From NCBI GenBank assembly GCA_017620015.1, contig JAFZRE010000007.1, positions 12,129-76,128 of the forward strand: DNA of 64,000 nucleotides, in the 5' to 3' direction. The notes under the pieces are model-generated. The model was not told the origin of the DNA. It saw only the letters and a program-made list of their open reading frames with translations, and ran no database searches. Each line of letters opens with the position of its first letter. The stretch's first letter is position 1. This DNA is from Bacteroidales bacterium. Its GTDB lineage: Bacteria; Bacteroidota; Bacteroidia; Bacteroidales; ML635J-15. The position numbers and the translations under genes were made by a program. Of this stretch, positions 52,205 to 60,911 are shown in pieces.

Positions 52205-53647
52205 TTAGAATTCGGCAGTCTTAGGTGTACGTGGGAACGGAATCACATCGCGGATGTTCGACATTCCTGTTACGAAAAGTATAAGGCGTTCGAAACCAAG
52301 TCCGAAACCACTATGAGGTACTGTACCGAACTTACGTGTTTCAAGGTACCACCACATATCTTTCTTTGGAATATTGCGTTCCTCGATTGTTGCAAGAAGT
52401 TTTTCGTAGCTTTCCTCACGCTGTGAACCGCCAATGATTTCGCCAATCTGCGGGAAAAGAACATCCATTGCGCGAACGGTCTTTCCGTCCTCGTTCTGCT
52501 TCATATAGAAAGCCTTGATTTCCTTCGGGTAGTTGATAAGGATTACAGGACGCTTGTAGTGCTTTTCGACGAGGTAACGCTCGTGTTCGCTCTGCAGGTC
52601 AACGCCCCACTTGTCAACCGGATATACGAACTTGCCGGTCTTGTTCGGCTTCGAGTTCATAAGTATGTCGATAGCCTCGGTGTAAGTTACACGGGCGAAA
52701 TCGTTGTGCAAAACAAATTCGAGACGTTCGATAAGATTCATCTCATCGCGTTCGTTTGCAGGTTTCTGCTTCTGTTCTTCCTCGCGGCGCTTGCAGAGGA
52801 ATTCGATGTCGTCGCGGCAGTTGTCGAGAGCATACTTAACCAAATATTTCAACATTTCCTCGGCGAGGTTCATGTTGTCCTCGAGGTCGAAGAAAGCAAC
52901 TTCTGGCTCAATCATCCAGAATTCTGCAAGGTGACGCGGAGTGTTTGAATTTTCGGCACGGAAAGTAGGTCCGAAAGTGTAAATCTGCGACAATGCAGTT
53001 GCAGCAAGTTCACCTTCGAGCTGACCCGAAACCGTCAGGTTGGTCGATTTGCCGAAGAAATCCTGCGAATAATCAATCTTACCTTCTTCGGTACGTGGCA
53101 AGTTGTTCAAATCCAAAGTCGTAACTTGAAACATTTCGCCAGCACCCTCGCAGTCGGAACCAGTGATAAGCGGAGTGTGAACATTGTAGAACCCCTTGCT
53201 GTTGAAGAAGTTGTGAATTGCAAATGTCATTGCGTGACGGATGCGGAAAATTGCTCCGAAAGTATTGGTACGGAAACGCAAGTGGGCGATTTCGCGGAGA
53301 AATTCAAGGCTGTGACGCTTTGGCTGAAGAGGATATTCGTCGGGATTTGCATCGCCGAAAACGGTAATATCCTTCGCCTGCAATTCAACCTTCTGTCCGC
53401 TACCCATCGACTCGACGGTCTTTCCGTCAACCGACAGAGCCGCACCAGTGTGAACACCAGCCAGTTTCTGTTCCAATTCGGGATTAACATCCAGCACCAC
53501 CTGAAGGTTATTTATAGTAGAGCCATCGTTCAATGCGATGAAACATACGTTCTTGCTAACACGCTTAGTCCTAACCCAACCCATTACGGTTGTTTCTTTT
53601 CCAAATTCCGTGGAGTTCAGCACTTCACTAATCTTAGTTCTCTTCAT
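52205..53647 (-). CDS. asnS: asparagine--tRNA ligase
   Basis: 480 aa with an N-terminal OB fold ([21 protein letters not shown]) and class II motifs ([28 protein letters not shown]). Confidence 0.95.
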   Translation of the reverse strand: MKRTKISEVLNSTEFGKETTVMGWVRTKRVSKNVCFIALNDGSTINNLQVVLDVNPELEQKLAGVHTGAALSVDGKTVESMGSGQKVELQAKDITVFGDANPDEYPLQPKRHSLEFLREIAHLRFRTNTFGAIFRIRHAMTFAIHNFFNSKGFYNVHTPLITGSDCEGAGEMFQVTTLDLNNLPRTEEGKIDYSQDFFGKSTNLTVSGQLEGELAATALSQIYTFGPTFRAENSNTPRHLAEFWMIEPEVAFFDLEDNMNLAEEMLKYLVKYALDNCRDDIEFLCKRREEEQKQKPANERDEMNLIERLEFVLHNDFARVTYTEAIDILMNSKPNKTGKFVYPVDKWGVDLQSEHERYLVEKHYKRPVILINYPKEIKAFYMKQNEDGKTVRAMDVLFPQIGEIIGGSQREESYEKLLATIEERNIPKKDMWWYLETRKFGTVPHSGFGLGFERLILFVTGMSNIRDVIPFPRTPKTAEF

Positions 53648-53669
53648 ATACGTTAAAAATTTCGTGCCA

Positions 53670-53677
53670 CAAAATTA
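53670..53677 (-). promoter_or_regulatory. Bacteroides-type -7 box (TAATTTTG) for the asnS-rpoN operon
   Basis: The minus-strand sequence matches TAnnTTTG, 22 nt upstream of the ATG at 53647. Confidence 0.45.
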
Positions 53678-53769
53678 CAAAAATTTATTATTGGCATTGC
53701 AAGAGATTTCAAAAAGTCATCCTATTGGGCAAAGATTACAAAATAATTGCGAGCAATCAGTAAACTTAT

Positions 53770-53777
53770 TATTTTTG
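53770..53777 (+). promoter_or_regulatory. Bacteroides-type -7 box (TATTTTTG) only 5 nt before the DMT transporter ATG
   Basis: Matches TAnnTTTG. Its context, TTTTGCGCCC, is the same as at the typA box. Confidence 0.35.
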
Positions 53778-53782
53778 CGCCC

Positions 53783-54676
53783 ATGAAAAAGGATTCGCCA
53801 ATAATAATCTACCCGTTGCTGATTATAGCGATGCTGTTCTGGTCGTTTTCGTTCATCTGGGCGAAACGTGCGCTTGTATGCTACAACCCAATAACAATCA
53901 TATATTTCCGCACGATAGTTGCTTCGGTGATTCTGCTACTGGTACTACTCATTGCGAAAAAACGCATAAAAATCAAACTCAAGCACTTGCCATTATTCAT
54001 TGTACTGGCATTTTTCGAGCCATTCCTATATTTCCTCGGCGAAACGAACGGACTCACAAAGGTTGACGCTTCTACAGCCGGGATAATAATAGGTACCATT
54101 CCGCTTTTCACCCCAATAGTCGCCTACATATTCCTGAAGGAAAGAATTTCCAAGCTCAACATCGTAGGCATTGTGCTTTCGGTTATAGGCGTAGCAATAA
54201 TGACTTTCGACATAAACCTCAACATGCAGGTTTCTCCAGAAGGACTTATGCTGCTCGGAGTTGCAACACTTGCCACATTAGGCTATACGGTTGCCGTAAA
54301 GAAAATTCCAGAAGAATATTCAGTTTTCACCATAACATTCTACCAGAACCTCATCGGCTCGTTTATGTTCCTGCCTCTAGTGCTGATTTTCGAAAAAGAC
54401 AACATAATGCAGGCAGGCTTTGTCTGGGATTCTATCTTGCCAATAATAGAACTAGGAATATTCGCTTCGGCCGCGGCTTTCGTTTGCTACACATACACAC
54501 TGCGTTACATTCCGATTGCACGAGCCAATATTTTCACGAACCTTATTCCTGTCTTTACGCTTTTCTTGTCGGCACTGCTACTCGGCGAAGAAATAACAGC
54601 TCAAAAGGTCATAGGAATAGTAGTCGTGCTGAGCGGTGTATTTATCGCACAGGCAAAACGCAAAGCGAAAGCCTAA
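53783..54676 (+). CDS. DMT superfamily (EamA-like) transporter
   Basis: About 10 TM helices in two EamA-like halves. The track ORF starts at a TTG (53747); the first ATG at 53783 gives MKKDSPIIIYPLLIIAMLFWSFSFIW. Confidence 0.85.
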   Translation: MKKDSPIIIYPLLIIAMLFWSFSFIWAKRALVCYNPITIIYFRTIVASVILLLVLLIAKKRIKIKLKHLPLFIVLAFFEPFLYFLGETNGLTKVDASTAGIIIGTIPLFTPIVAYIFLKERISKLNIVGIVLSVIGVAIMTFDINLNMQVSPEGLMLLGVATLATLGYTVAVKKIPEEYSVFTITFYQNLIGSFMFLPLVLIFEKDNIMQAGFVWDSILPIIELGIFASAAAFVCYTYTLRYIPIARANIFTNLIPVFTLFLSALLLGEEITAQKVIGIVVVLSGVFIAQAKRKAKA

Positions 54677-54679
54677 TCC

Positions 54680-56089
54680 TTACTTGCACATTTCAGTGAA
54701 ATACCTGAACAGCAATCGTGTCGGCACCGAAGTTCCGCCATTTCCGCGGTACGAATCCTTCTTCTCGGTGAAAGCAGGTCCTGCAATGTCAAGGTGAATC
54801 CACTTGTAATCGGTAAAATGCTTCAAGAACATAGCCGCAGTTATAGTGCCGCCCGAACGTTTTCCGCAATTCTTCATATCGGCAATCGGTGATTCAAGTT
54901 GCTCCTTGAAATCATCCCACAACGGCAGTTCTATCAAACGTTCCCATACGTTGAAGCCACATTCCTTCATCTTTGCAATATCGTCGGGAGAAGTTCCCAA
55001 TACTGCGGTATTCTTGTCGCCCACAGCGACAATTGCCGCGCCAGTGAGCGTAGCCATATCGATTACCAGTTCGGGATTGTACTTCTTTGCATACGAAAGC
55101 GCATCGGCAAGAATCAGGCGGCCTTCGGCATCGGTGTTGGCAATTTCAACCGTTGTGCCGTCGTACATTGTGATAATGTCCTCGGGGACGTAGGCTGTCG
55201 CCCCTATCCTATTTTCGGTTGCAGGAACAAGTCCATAAACCTTCACTGGAACCTTCGCCATAGCCAACGCAGCGATAGTGCCCACTACAGCAGCTCCACC
55301 AGACTTGTCGCTCTTCATCGTATCCATCGAACTCGACGGTTTCAGGTCGTAGCCGCCAGTGTCAAATACAAGTCCCTTGCCAACAAGCACATACGGTTTC
55401 TCGTTTATTGCATTTTCTGGTTCCCATTTCAATATGCTGAATGTAGGCGGCTCAACGCTTCCACGGTTTACTGCAAGAAGTCCTCCCATCTTCAGGCTTT
55501 CTATTTGCATCTTGTCAAGGATTTCGGTCTTGAATCCGCAGGACTTGCCCACTTCTTCGATAGTTTCGGATAACTTCTTGGCAGTCATATACGACAGTGG
55601 TTCGTTCACTATGTCGCGTGCGATGAAAACGCCCTTCACCAAACTGTTGAGACGTGCGATTTCCTTTTCGCAGACATCACCGCAGACTTTTACATCTTCC
55701 AACGAAACTTTCTTCTTTTCGGACAGATACTTGTCGAAGCGGTAATTTGCAAGTTCCACACCCTCGGCAAAAGCAAGTGCCATATCGGCTCCAGACAAAT
55801 CTACAATAGCGAGCGACTTGCAATCAAGAGCATTCAGAGAATCGGCAATCTTGCAACCTTCATTGCGCACAAGTTCGCGCTGTTCGTCTATTGTCTTACC
55901 TTTCTTAAGTTTTACAAAGAAACGACGGCTGTCGTATAGATTTACCGACGCAAATGTCTTTGTTTCAAGTGTTTCGTGAACGTATTTCTTTTCCTTATCA
56001 CCGAGTTCCACCGATGCCAACGCATCAACGTCCGAAATTATGTAAGCGACATTCTCATTAATGTCATATTTTTCAACCTTATATATCAT
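54680..56089 (-). CDS. pepA: leucyl aminopeptidase (M17 family)
   Basis: 469 aa with VGKGLVFDTGGYDLKP and the M17 signature NTDAEGRLILADAL. Confidence 0.9.
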   Translation of the reverse strand: MIYKVEKYDINENVAYIISDVDALASVELGDKEKKYVHETLETKTFASVNLYDSRRFFVKLKKGKTIDEQRELVRNEGCKIADSLNALDCKSLAIVDLSGADMALAFAEGVELANYRFDKYLSEKKKVSLEDVKVCGDVCEKEIARLNSLVKGVFIARDIVNEPLSYMTAKKLSETIEEVGKSCGFKTEILDKMQIESLKMGGLLAVNRGSVEPPTFSILKWEPENAINEKPYVLVGKGLVFDTGGYDLKPSSSMDTMKSDKSGGAAVVGTIAALAMAKVPVKVYGLVPATENRIGATAYVPEDIITMYDGTTVEIANTDAEGRLILADALSYAKKYNPELVIDMATLTGAAIVAVGDKNTAVLGTSPDDIAKMKECGFNVWERLIELPLWDDFKEQLESPIADMKNCGKRSGGTITAAMFLKHFTDYKWIHLDIAGPAFTEKKDSYRGNGGTSVPTRLLFRYFTEMCK

Positions 56090-56100
56090 ATCAATTATTT

Positions 56101-56475
56101 TTAGTCAACGTATTCCTTTTTTCTAACTATCACAACGAAATCATTATCAACATAATAGCCATAGTCGTAGCAATAGTAGTACATTTTGTCTGCCTTTGTT
56201 TTGTAGATGTTTGTCATATAGTCGAACTTGAAGCCCTCCTTAACCAGTTTCTCCTTCAAAACCGAATGTCTTTCATTGTCGGGCTTGTCAATTTTCTGGT
56301 ACATATCGGCAAGTATCTGACGGTTTTTCTTCAGCAGACGGTTAGTCTTGTATGTTAAGCTGTTATCTTCCTGCTTCAACTGGTTGTTGTATGTGTTTCG
56401 GCATTGGTCGCAACAGAATTTCTTGTCGGCACGACCGTCAAATTCAGTATGGCAAACTGGACAAATTCTCTTCAT
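56101..56475 (-). CDS. small zinc-ribbon protein
   Basis: 124 aa with the N-terminal motif CPVCHTEF...KFCCDQCRNTYNN (a 4-Cys ribbon). Confidence 0.65.
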   Translation of the reverse strand: MKRICPVCHTEFDGRADKKFCCDQCRNTYNNQLKQEDNSLTYKTNRLLKKNRQILADMYQKIDKPDNERHSVLKEKLVKEGFKFDYMTNIYKTKADKMYYYCYDYGYYVDNDFVVIVRKKEYVD

Positions 56476-56498
56476 ATCCTTTTTTCGTTAAGCAGTCG

Positions 56499-56506
56499 CA
56501 AATTTA
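56499..56506 (-). promoter_or_regulatory. Bacteroides-type -7 box (TAAATTTG) for the zinc-ribbon/pepA operon
   Basis: The minus-strand sequence matches TAnnTTTG, 23 nt upstream of the ATG at 56475. Confidence 0.45.
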
Positions 56507-56611
56507 AACATTTTTTCAGAATTACATAAATATTTAAAGATGGAAATCGTATTTCTCGCACATCAATTATTAATGTTTTGTTAATCAAACACAGGCAAAA
56601 GGAAAAACACT

Positions 56612-56619
56612 TAACTTTG
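56612..56619 (+). promoter_or_regulatory. Bacteroides-type -7 box (TAACTTTG) 5 nt before the His/Cys-rich ORF
   Basis: Matches TAnnTTTG immediately upstream of the ATG at 56625. Confidence 0.35.
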
Positions 56620-56624
56620 CATCG

Positions 56625-57092
56625 ATGAAATTGTTCAAAGCCATATTGCCCATGCTCACCGCCATAATGGTGATGCTTACCTCAAACGGCATTGTGTATG
56701 AATACTATTTCTGCAAATGTTGCAACGAAGAGCACGCCGAAGTGAGCCTCTTCGAGTTTGGAGAGGTTTCGCACAACCACGAGTGCCATTCGCACCACGA
56801 ATGCCATAGTAACCATTGCGACGGACATCACTGCCACTGCCAGGACAAGGCGGAACACCAGAAACACACCCACATTGTATTCCTATCGCTCAAGGACTTA
56901 TTCCAGCAGGACGAGCACTCGGCTGTGCCCGAAATTCCATCAATAAAGACTTTCATTAGCAACAATTTCGCACCTTGCTCAAATATTACTTGCACGACAA
57001 ACGAAATTGAACCTAAACTGTTGGCATCCAACGCCGAACATTTGTACGACAAGGGCAAAGTGTGTCCACTTCTCTCCTGCTTCAGATTATGA
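56625..57092 (+). CDS. membrane-anchored His/Cys-rich putative metal-binding protein
   Basis: 155 aa with an N-terminal TM/signal segment, then YYFCKCCNEEH and HNHECHSHHECHSNHCDGHHCHCQDKAEHQKHTH. It lies directly upstream of a TonB-dependent receptor. It resembles small Cys/His proteins that accompany such receptors in Bacteroidota, but I cannot confirm the family by eye. Confidence 0.65.
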   Translation: MKLFKAILPMLTAIMVMLTSNGIVYEYYFCKCCNEEHAEVSLFEFGEVSHNHECHSHHECHSNHCDGHHCHCQDKAEHQKHTHIVFLSLKDLFQQDEHSAVPEIPSIKTFISNNFAPCSNITCTTNEIEPKLLASNAEHLYDKGKVCPLLSCFRL

Positions 57093-57161
57093 ATTGTATC
57101 TCAAAACCAAAGAGATAGCAACGGACTATTGTCCAAATTCATAATTTAAAGAAGTAAAACG

Positions 57162-59375
57162 ATGAAAAACAAAATATTGGCATTAATTGTTTTCGTTGCA
57201 ATAGCCACAATAAGCAAAGCCCAGATTAGCGGCACCGTCTTCGAGCTTGTCGATGGCAACAAGCAGACGCTTTTCGGTGCAAATGTCTATTGGGAAAACA
57301 GTAGCGTCGGAACTATCTCCGACATGAACGGCAATTTCAAGATAAACAAGGTCAACACGACCAACAAACTGATTGTCAGCTTCATCGGTTACAACAGCGA
57401 CACTCTAGAAATTCCAGAGAAAAAGAAAAACATAGAAGTCGTGCTTACCGCCGGCGAAATGCTTTCGGAAGTTACCGTGAACGAACGGCAGGCAGGAACT
57501 CGTTATTCGCGAATGGAAATCGGCAATGTGCAGGATATTTCGGGACAGGAACTCTGCAAGGCCGCCTGCTGCAACCTTTCGGAAAGCTTCGAGACTAACG
57601 CCTCTGTCGATGCTGGCACAAGCGACGCCGCCACCGGCGCAAAGCAAATCAAGTTGCTCGGTCTTGCGGGAAAATATGTTCAGTTCCTTACAGAAAACAT
57701 TCCAAACCTCTACGGACTTTCGCAGCCGTACGCACTTGGCTACATTCCCGGCCCTTGGATGACCTCGATGCAGATTTCAAAGGGAACTTCCACTGTTATA
57801 AACGGTTACGATGCCGTGACTGGTCAGATAAATGTGGAATACAAAAAGCCGCGCCAGTCCGACAAATTCTCGCTCAACCTGATGGGAAGTTCGCACGGCA
57901 ATGTAGAAGGCAACATCGATGCACCTATAAAAGTCAGCGAAAAGGTTAGCACCCAGATTTTTGCACATGCCCAGAACCGCTTCATCAAGATGGACCACAA
58001 CAACGACAACTTCTACGACTCGCCCAATGTCACCCAGTACAACTTTTTCAACCGCTGGGACTATTTCGGCAAGCACCTTACAATGCGGTTCGGAGTGAAG
58101 TACATCGACGAGACTCGCAAAAACGGACAAATAAGCAAGGACCATCCTACCTACATAGACTCCTTGCAACCAGATCTTTACAAAATAAAGATTCACTCGC
58201 AGCGTGGCGAAGCCTTCCTGAAGTGCGGATATGTGTTCCCCGAAAAGGACTACCAGAGCATTGCGGTGATTACCAACTTCATAACCCACCATCAGGATTC
58301 CTACTACGGACATAATGATTTCGATGCAAGTCAGAATAGTTTGTACGCCAATGTATTGTGGAAATCGGCATTCGGTGGGAACGAGAAGCACTCCTACACC
58401 GCCGGTGCAAGCATGAAGTACGAAAACCTTCACCAGAACCTCAACGACAGCATAATGAACGACATCGAAGCCGTACCTGGAGCATTCTTCCAATACACTG
58501 GACATTTCGGCAACTTCAATATGATTGCAGGCGTCCGTGGCGACTACCACAACCAGTACGGATTCCTCTTCACTCCCCGACTGAACCTCAAGTACAGCAT
58601 CAACGAATACCTCACCTTGAGAGCATCTGCTGGAAGGGCATTCCGTAAGGCTAATATACTGAGTGAAAACTCGTTCCTGCTGGCATCGTCGCGCAGAATG
58701 GTAATCTACGACAATCTCGACCTCGAAGAAGCATGGAACTACGGAGCGACATTCTCGGCCAACATACCTATTAAAGACAGGCTGTTGAACATTATGGCGG
58801 AATATTACCGCACCGACTTCGTGAAGCAGATTGTCGCCGATTTCGAGACACCGGGCGTCGTTGAGTTCTACAACCTGCAGGGCAAATCCTTCTCCAACAC
58901 CTACCAGATTGAAGTGTCGTGCGAAGTGCTCAAGGGCTGGGACATCACAGGAGCGTTCCGTTACAACGATGTAAAGCAGACCATCGACGGAAACCTTGTA
59001 GAATCACCGTTGATGAGCCGTTTCAAAGGCTTGCTTACAACCTCGTACCGCACAAAGCTCGAAAAATGGCAGTTCGACTTCACCGCGCAGTTCAACGGAC
59101 CAGGCAGAATACCGTCAACCGCCAGCAATCCCGAAGAATACCGCCGCGACGACAAGTTTAAGGCTTACAACATCTTCAACGCACAGATTACCAAGTTCTT
59201 CAAGAAATGGAGCATTTATGTAGGCGTTGAGAATATCTTCAACTTCACGCAGAAAGACCCGATTATCGCTGCTGGCGACCCGTTTGGCGACTACTTCGAC
59301 TCGTCGCTCATCTGGGGACCAATCGACGGACGGAAATTTTATTTGGGTATAAGATTTGCTATTGACAGAGATTAG
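57162..59375 (+). CDS. TonB-dependent receptor with an N-terminal CarboxypepD_reg-like domain
   Basis: 737 aa with a signal peptide, ISGTVFELVDGNKQTLFGANVYW...GNFKI (carboxypeptidase-regulatory-like), a plug (KQIKLLGLAGKYVQ) and a beta-barrel ending in an aromatic-rich segment. Confidence 0.9.
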   Translation: MKNKILALIVFVAIATISKAQISGTVFELVDGNKQTLFGANVYWENSSVGTISDMNGNFKINKVNTTNKLIVSFIGYNSDTLEIPEKKKNIEVVLTAGEMLSEVTVNERQAGTRYSRMEIGNVQDISGQELCKAACCNLSESFETNASVDAGTSDAATGAKQIKLLGLAGKYVQFLTENIPNLYGLSQPYALGYIPGPWMTSMQISKGTSTVINGYDAVTGQINVEYKKPRQSDKFSLNLMGSSHGNVEGNIDAPIKVSEKVSTQIFAHAQNRFIKMDHNNDNFYDSPNVTQYNFFNRWDYFGKHLTMRFGVKYIDETRKNGQISKDHPTYIDSLQPDLYKIKIHSQRGEAFLKCGYVFPEKDYQSIAVITNFITHHQDSYYGHNDFDASQNSLYANVLWKSAFGGNEKHSYTAGASMKYENLHQNLNDSIMNDIEAVPGAFFQYTGHFGNFNMIAGVRGDYHNQYGFLFTPRLNLKYSINEYLTLRASAGRAFRKANILSENSFLLASSRRMVIYDNLDLEEAWNYGATFSANIPIKDRLLNIMAEYYRTDFVKQIVADFETPGVVEFYNLQGKSFSNTYQIEVSCEVLKGWDITGAFRYNDVKQTIDGNLVESPLMSRFKGLLTTSYRTKLEKWQFDFTAQFNGPGRIPSTASNPEEYRRDDKFKAYNIFNAQITKFFKKWSIYVGVENIFNFTQKDPIIAAGDPFGDYFDSSLIWGPIDGRKFYLGIRFAIDRD

Positions 59376-59472
59376 TATTCATAATTTATGATAAAGTTTT
59401 TTTACATAAAATCACACTTTCTCAATTCGATAATCCGCTGTATGCAATGTGCGGAGACTAACGAAGTAAAAT

Positions 59473-59565
59473 TTCGCACCCTGAGCGTCAGCCGAAGGGT
59501 CGATACTAATATTAATAGAATATTAGAATTATCATTCCCTTCACTTCGACTACGCTCAGTGGGCG
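59473..59565. repeat. dispersed palindromic element (both arms)
   Basis: Arm A is TTCGCACCCTGAGCGTCAGCCGAAGG (59473-59498). Arm B is CTTCGACTACGCTCAGTGGGCG (59544-59565). The arms are imperfect reverse complements of each other. Confidence 0.65.
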
Positions 59566-59611
59566 GTATTTCAGCAAAAGTCACTCCTTTAACGCATTAA
59601 AATTACGAATT

Positions 59612-60316
59612 ATGGAAAATCAGCATATCGTATTCTTAACAGGAGCTGGAATCAGTGTAGAAAGCGGTCTTCGCACATTTCGGGGCGAAAATGGACTGTG
59701 GAACAATGAAGAATGGCGCTATTTTTCAAAAATGGGAAGCTTTTATGAAAAGCCTGCCGAATTTCTCAATTTCTACAACCAACTACGGAAACGAATTGCT
59801 GAAGCAAATCCCAACAAAGCACACTTGATGATTGCTGAGTTGGAAAAAACAAACAAAGTAACCGTTATTACACAAAATGTTGATAACCTGCACGAAAGAG
59901 CAGGAAGCAGTCAAGTGATTCATCTTCACGGAGAATTAACCAAAGTATGTTCTTCAAGCAACAGAACTGACCCACGATATATTAGAGAATATCCGCTTAC
60001 GACACCAATCAATGTAGGCGATGATGCTGAAGACGGATCACAATTGCGACCATTCATAGTGCTTATGGGCGAGTTCGTTTCTGGCTTAGAAACTGCCATT
60101 GAATATGTTTCAAATGCTGACATCTTTGTTGTTATTGGAACCTCATTGGTTGTTTCACCTGCCTGTAACCTAATAGAATATGCGCACAAGGAAATTCCAA
60201 AATTCATAATTGACCCGAACGATATGCCGCAGTGCAAAAAATTGAACTTTGAACAAATCAAAGCAAATGCAACTGATGGAATGTCAGCACTTTTAGAAAG
60301 ATTTAAGTCCTTATAA
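59612..60316 (+). CDS. cobB: Sir2-family NAD-dependent protein deacylase lacking the 4-Cys zinc module
   Basis: 234 aa with GAGISVESGLRTFRG..GLW, QNVDNLHERAG, HLHGE and LRPFIVLMGE. There are no CxxC pairs between HG and LRP. Confidence 0.85.
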   Translation: MENQHIVFLTGAGISVESGLRTFRGENGLWNNEEWRYFSKMGSFYEKPAEFLNFYNQLRKRIAEANPNKAHLMIAELEKTNKVTVITQNVDNLHERAGSSQVIHLHGELTKVCSSSNRTDPRYIREYPLTTPINVGDDAEDGSQLRPFIVLMGEFVSGLETAIEYVSNADIFVVIGTSLVVSPACNLIEYAHKEIPKFIIDPNDMPQCKKLNFEQIKANATDGMSALLERFKSL

Positions 60317-60358
60317 TTAACATTTTCAAAAAAACTCATTAAATACAGCAATTTAAAT

Positions 60359-60366
60359 TAATTTTG
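60359..60366 (+). promoter_or_regulatory. Bacteroides-type -7 box (TAATTTTG) for the HMA gene
   Basis: Matches TAnnTTTG, 21 nt upstream of the ATG at 60388. Confidence 0.45.
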
Positions 60367-60387
60367 TAACGCATAAATTTTAAGACA

Positions 60388-60903
60388 ATGAAAAAGAACA
60401 TTTTGATTTTAGTATTGGCATTGTTGCTTGGAATGGGCAACGCATTTGCACAGGAACAGAAGGCTGCAAAGCAGAACGAAAAGATTTCGGAAGTTATTTT
60501 GGCAACCGAAATGCACTGCCAGAATTGCGCCGACAAGGTATCGAAGCAGTTGGCATACACCAAAGGTGTTATTGACGTTCAGGCAAACCACGAGAAGAAC
60601 GCAGTGTATATCAAGTACCGCAACGACCGCACCGACACCGAAAAGCTGATTGCATCGCTCAAGGAAATCGGCTACACAGCAACAGTTTTCAACGCAGGTC
60701 ACAACTGCTCGCAGTGCCCTCACGCAAAGGCAGGTGCATGCAACGGAAACCACGCAGGATGTAACCATGCACAGCAGGAACAGCAGAAGAGCGGTTGCAG
60801 TGGAAACCATGCAGGTTGCAACCATTCCCACGATGCTCAGAAGGCTTCGGGATGCAGCGGAAACCACACCGAATGCCAGCACAAGCACGATGCTACAAAG
60901 TAA
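60388..60903 (+). CDS. secreted heavy-metal-associated (HMA) domain protein with a Cys/His-repeat tail
   Basis: 171 aa with a signal peptide, the HMA fold EMHCQNCADKVSKQLAYTKGV...IKEIGY, and a tail with 3 copies of C(N/S)GNH(A/T)(G/E)C(N/Q)H. Confidence 0.85.
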   Translation: MKKNILILVLALLLGMGNAFAQEQKAAKQNEKISEVILATEMHCQNCADKVSKQLAYTKGVIDVQANHEKNAVYIKYRNDRTDTEKLIASLKEIGYTATVFNAGHNCSQCPHAKAGACNGNHAGCNHAQQEQQKSGCSGNHAGCNHSHDAQKASGCSGNHTECQHKHDATK

Positions 60904-60911
60904 TCTGATAT

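Noticed and set aside
57777-58550. 257-aa minus-strand ORF
   Set aside because: It is antisense to the TonB-dependent receptor, whose plug, barrel and N-terminal domains read through cleanly on the plus strand.
59388-59600. 70-aa ORF between the TonB-dependent receptor and cobB
   Set aside because: It is made up almost entirely of the two arms of the palindromic repeat element. It is the sort of tiny ORF that such repeats generate.
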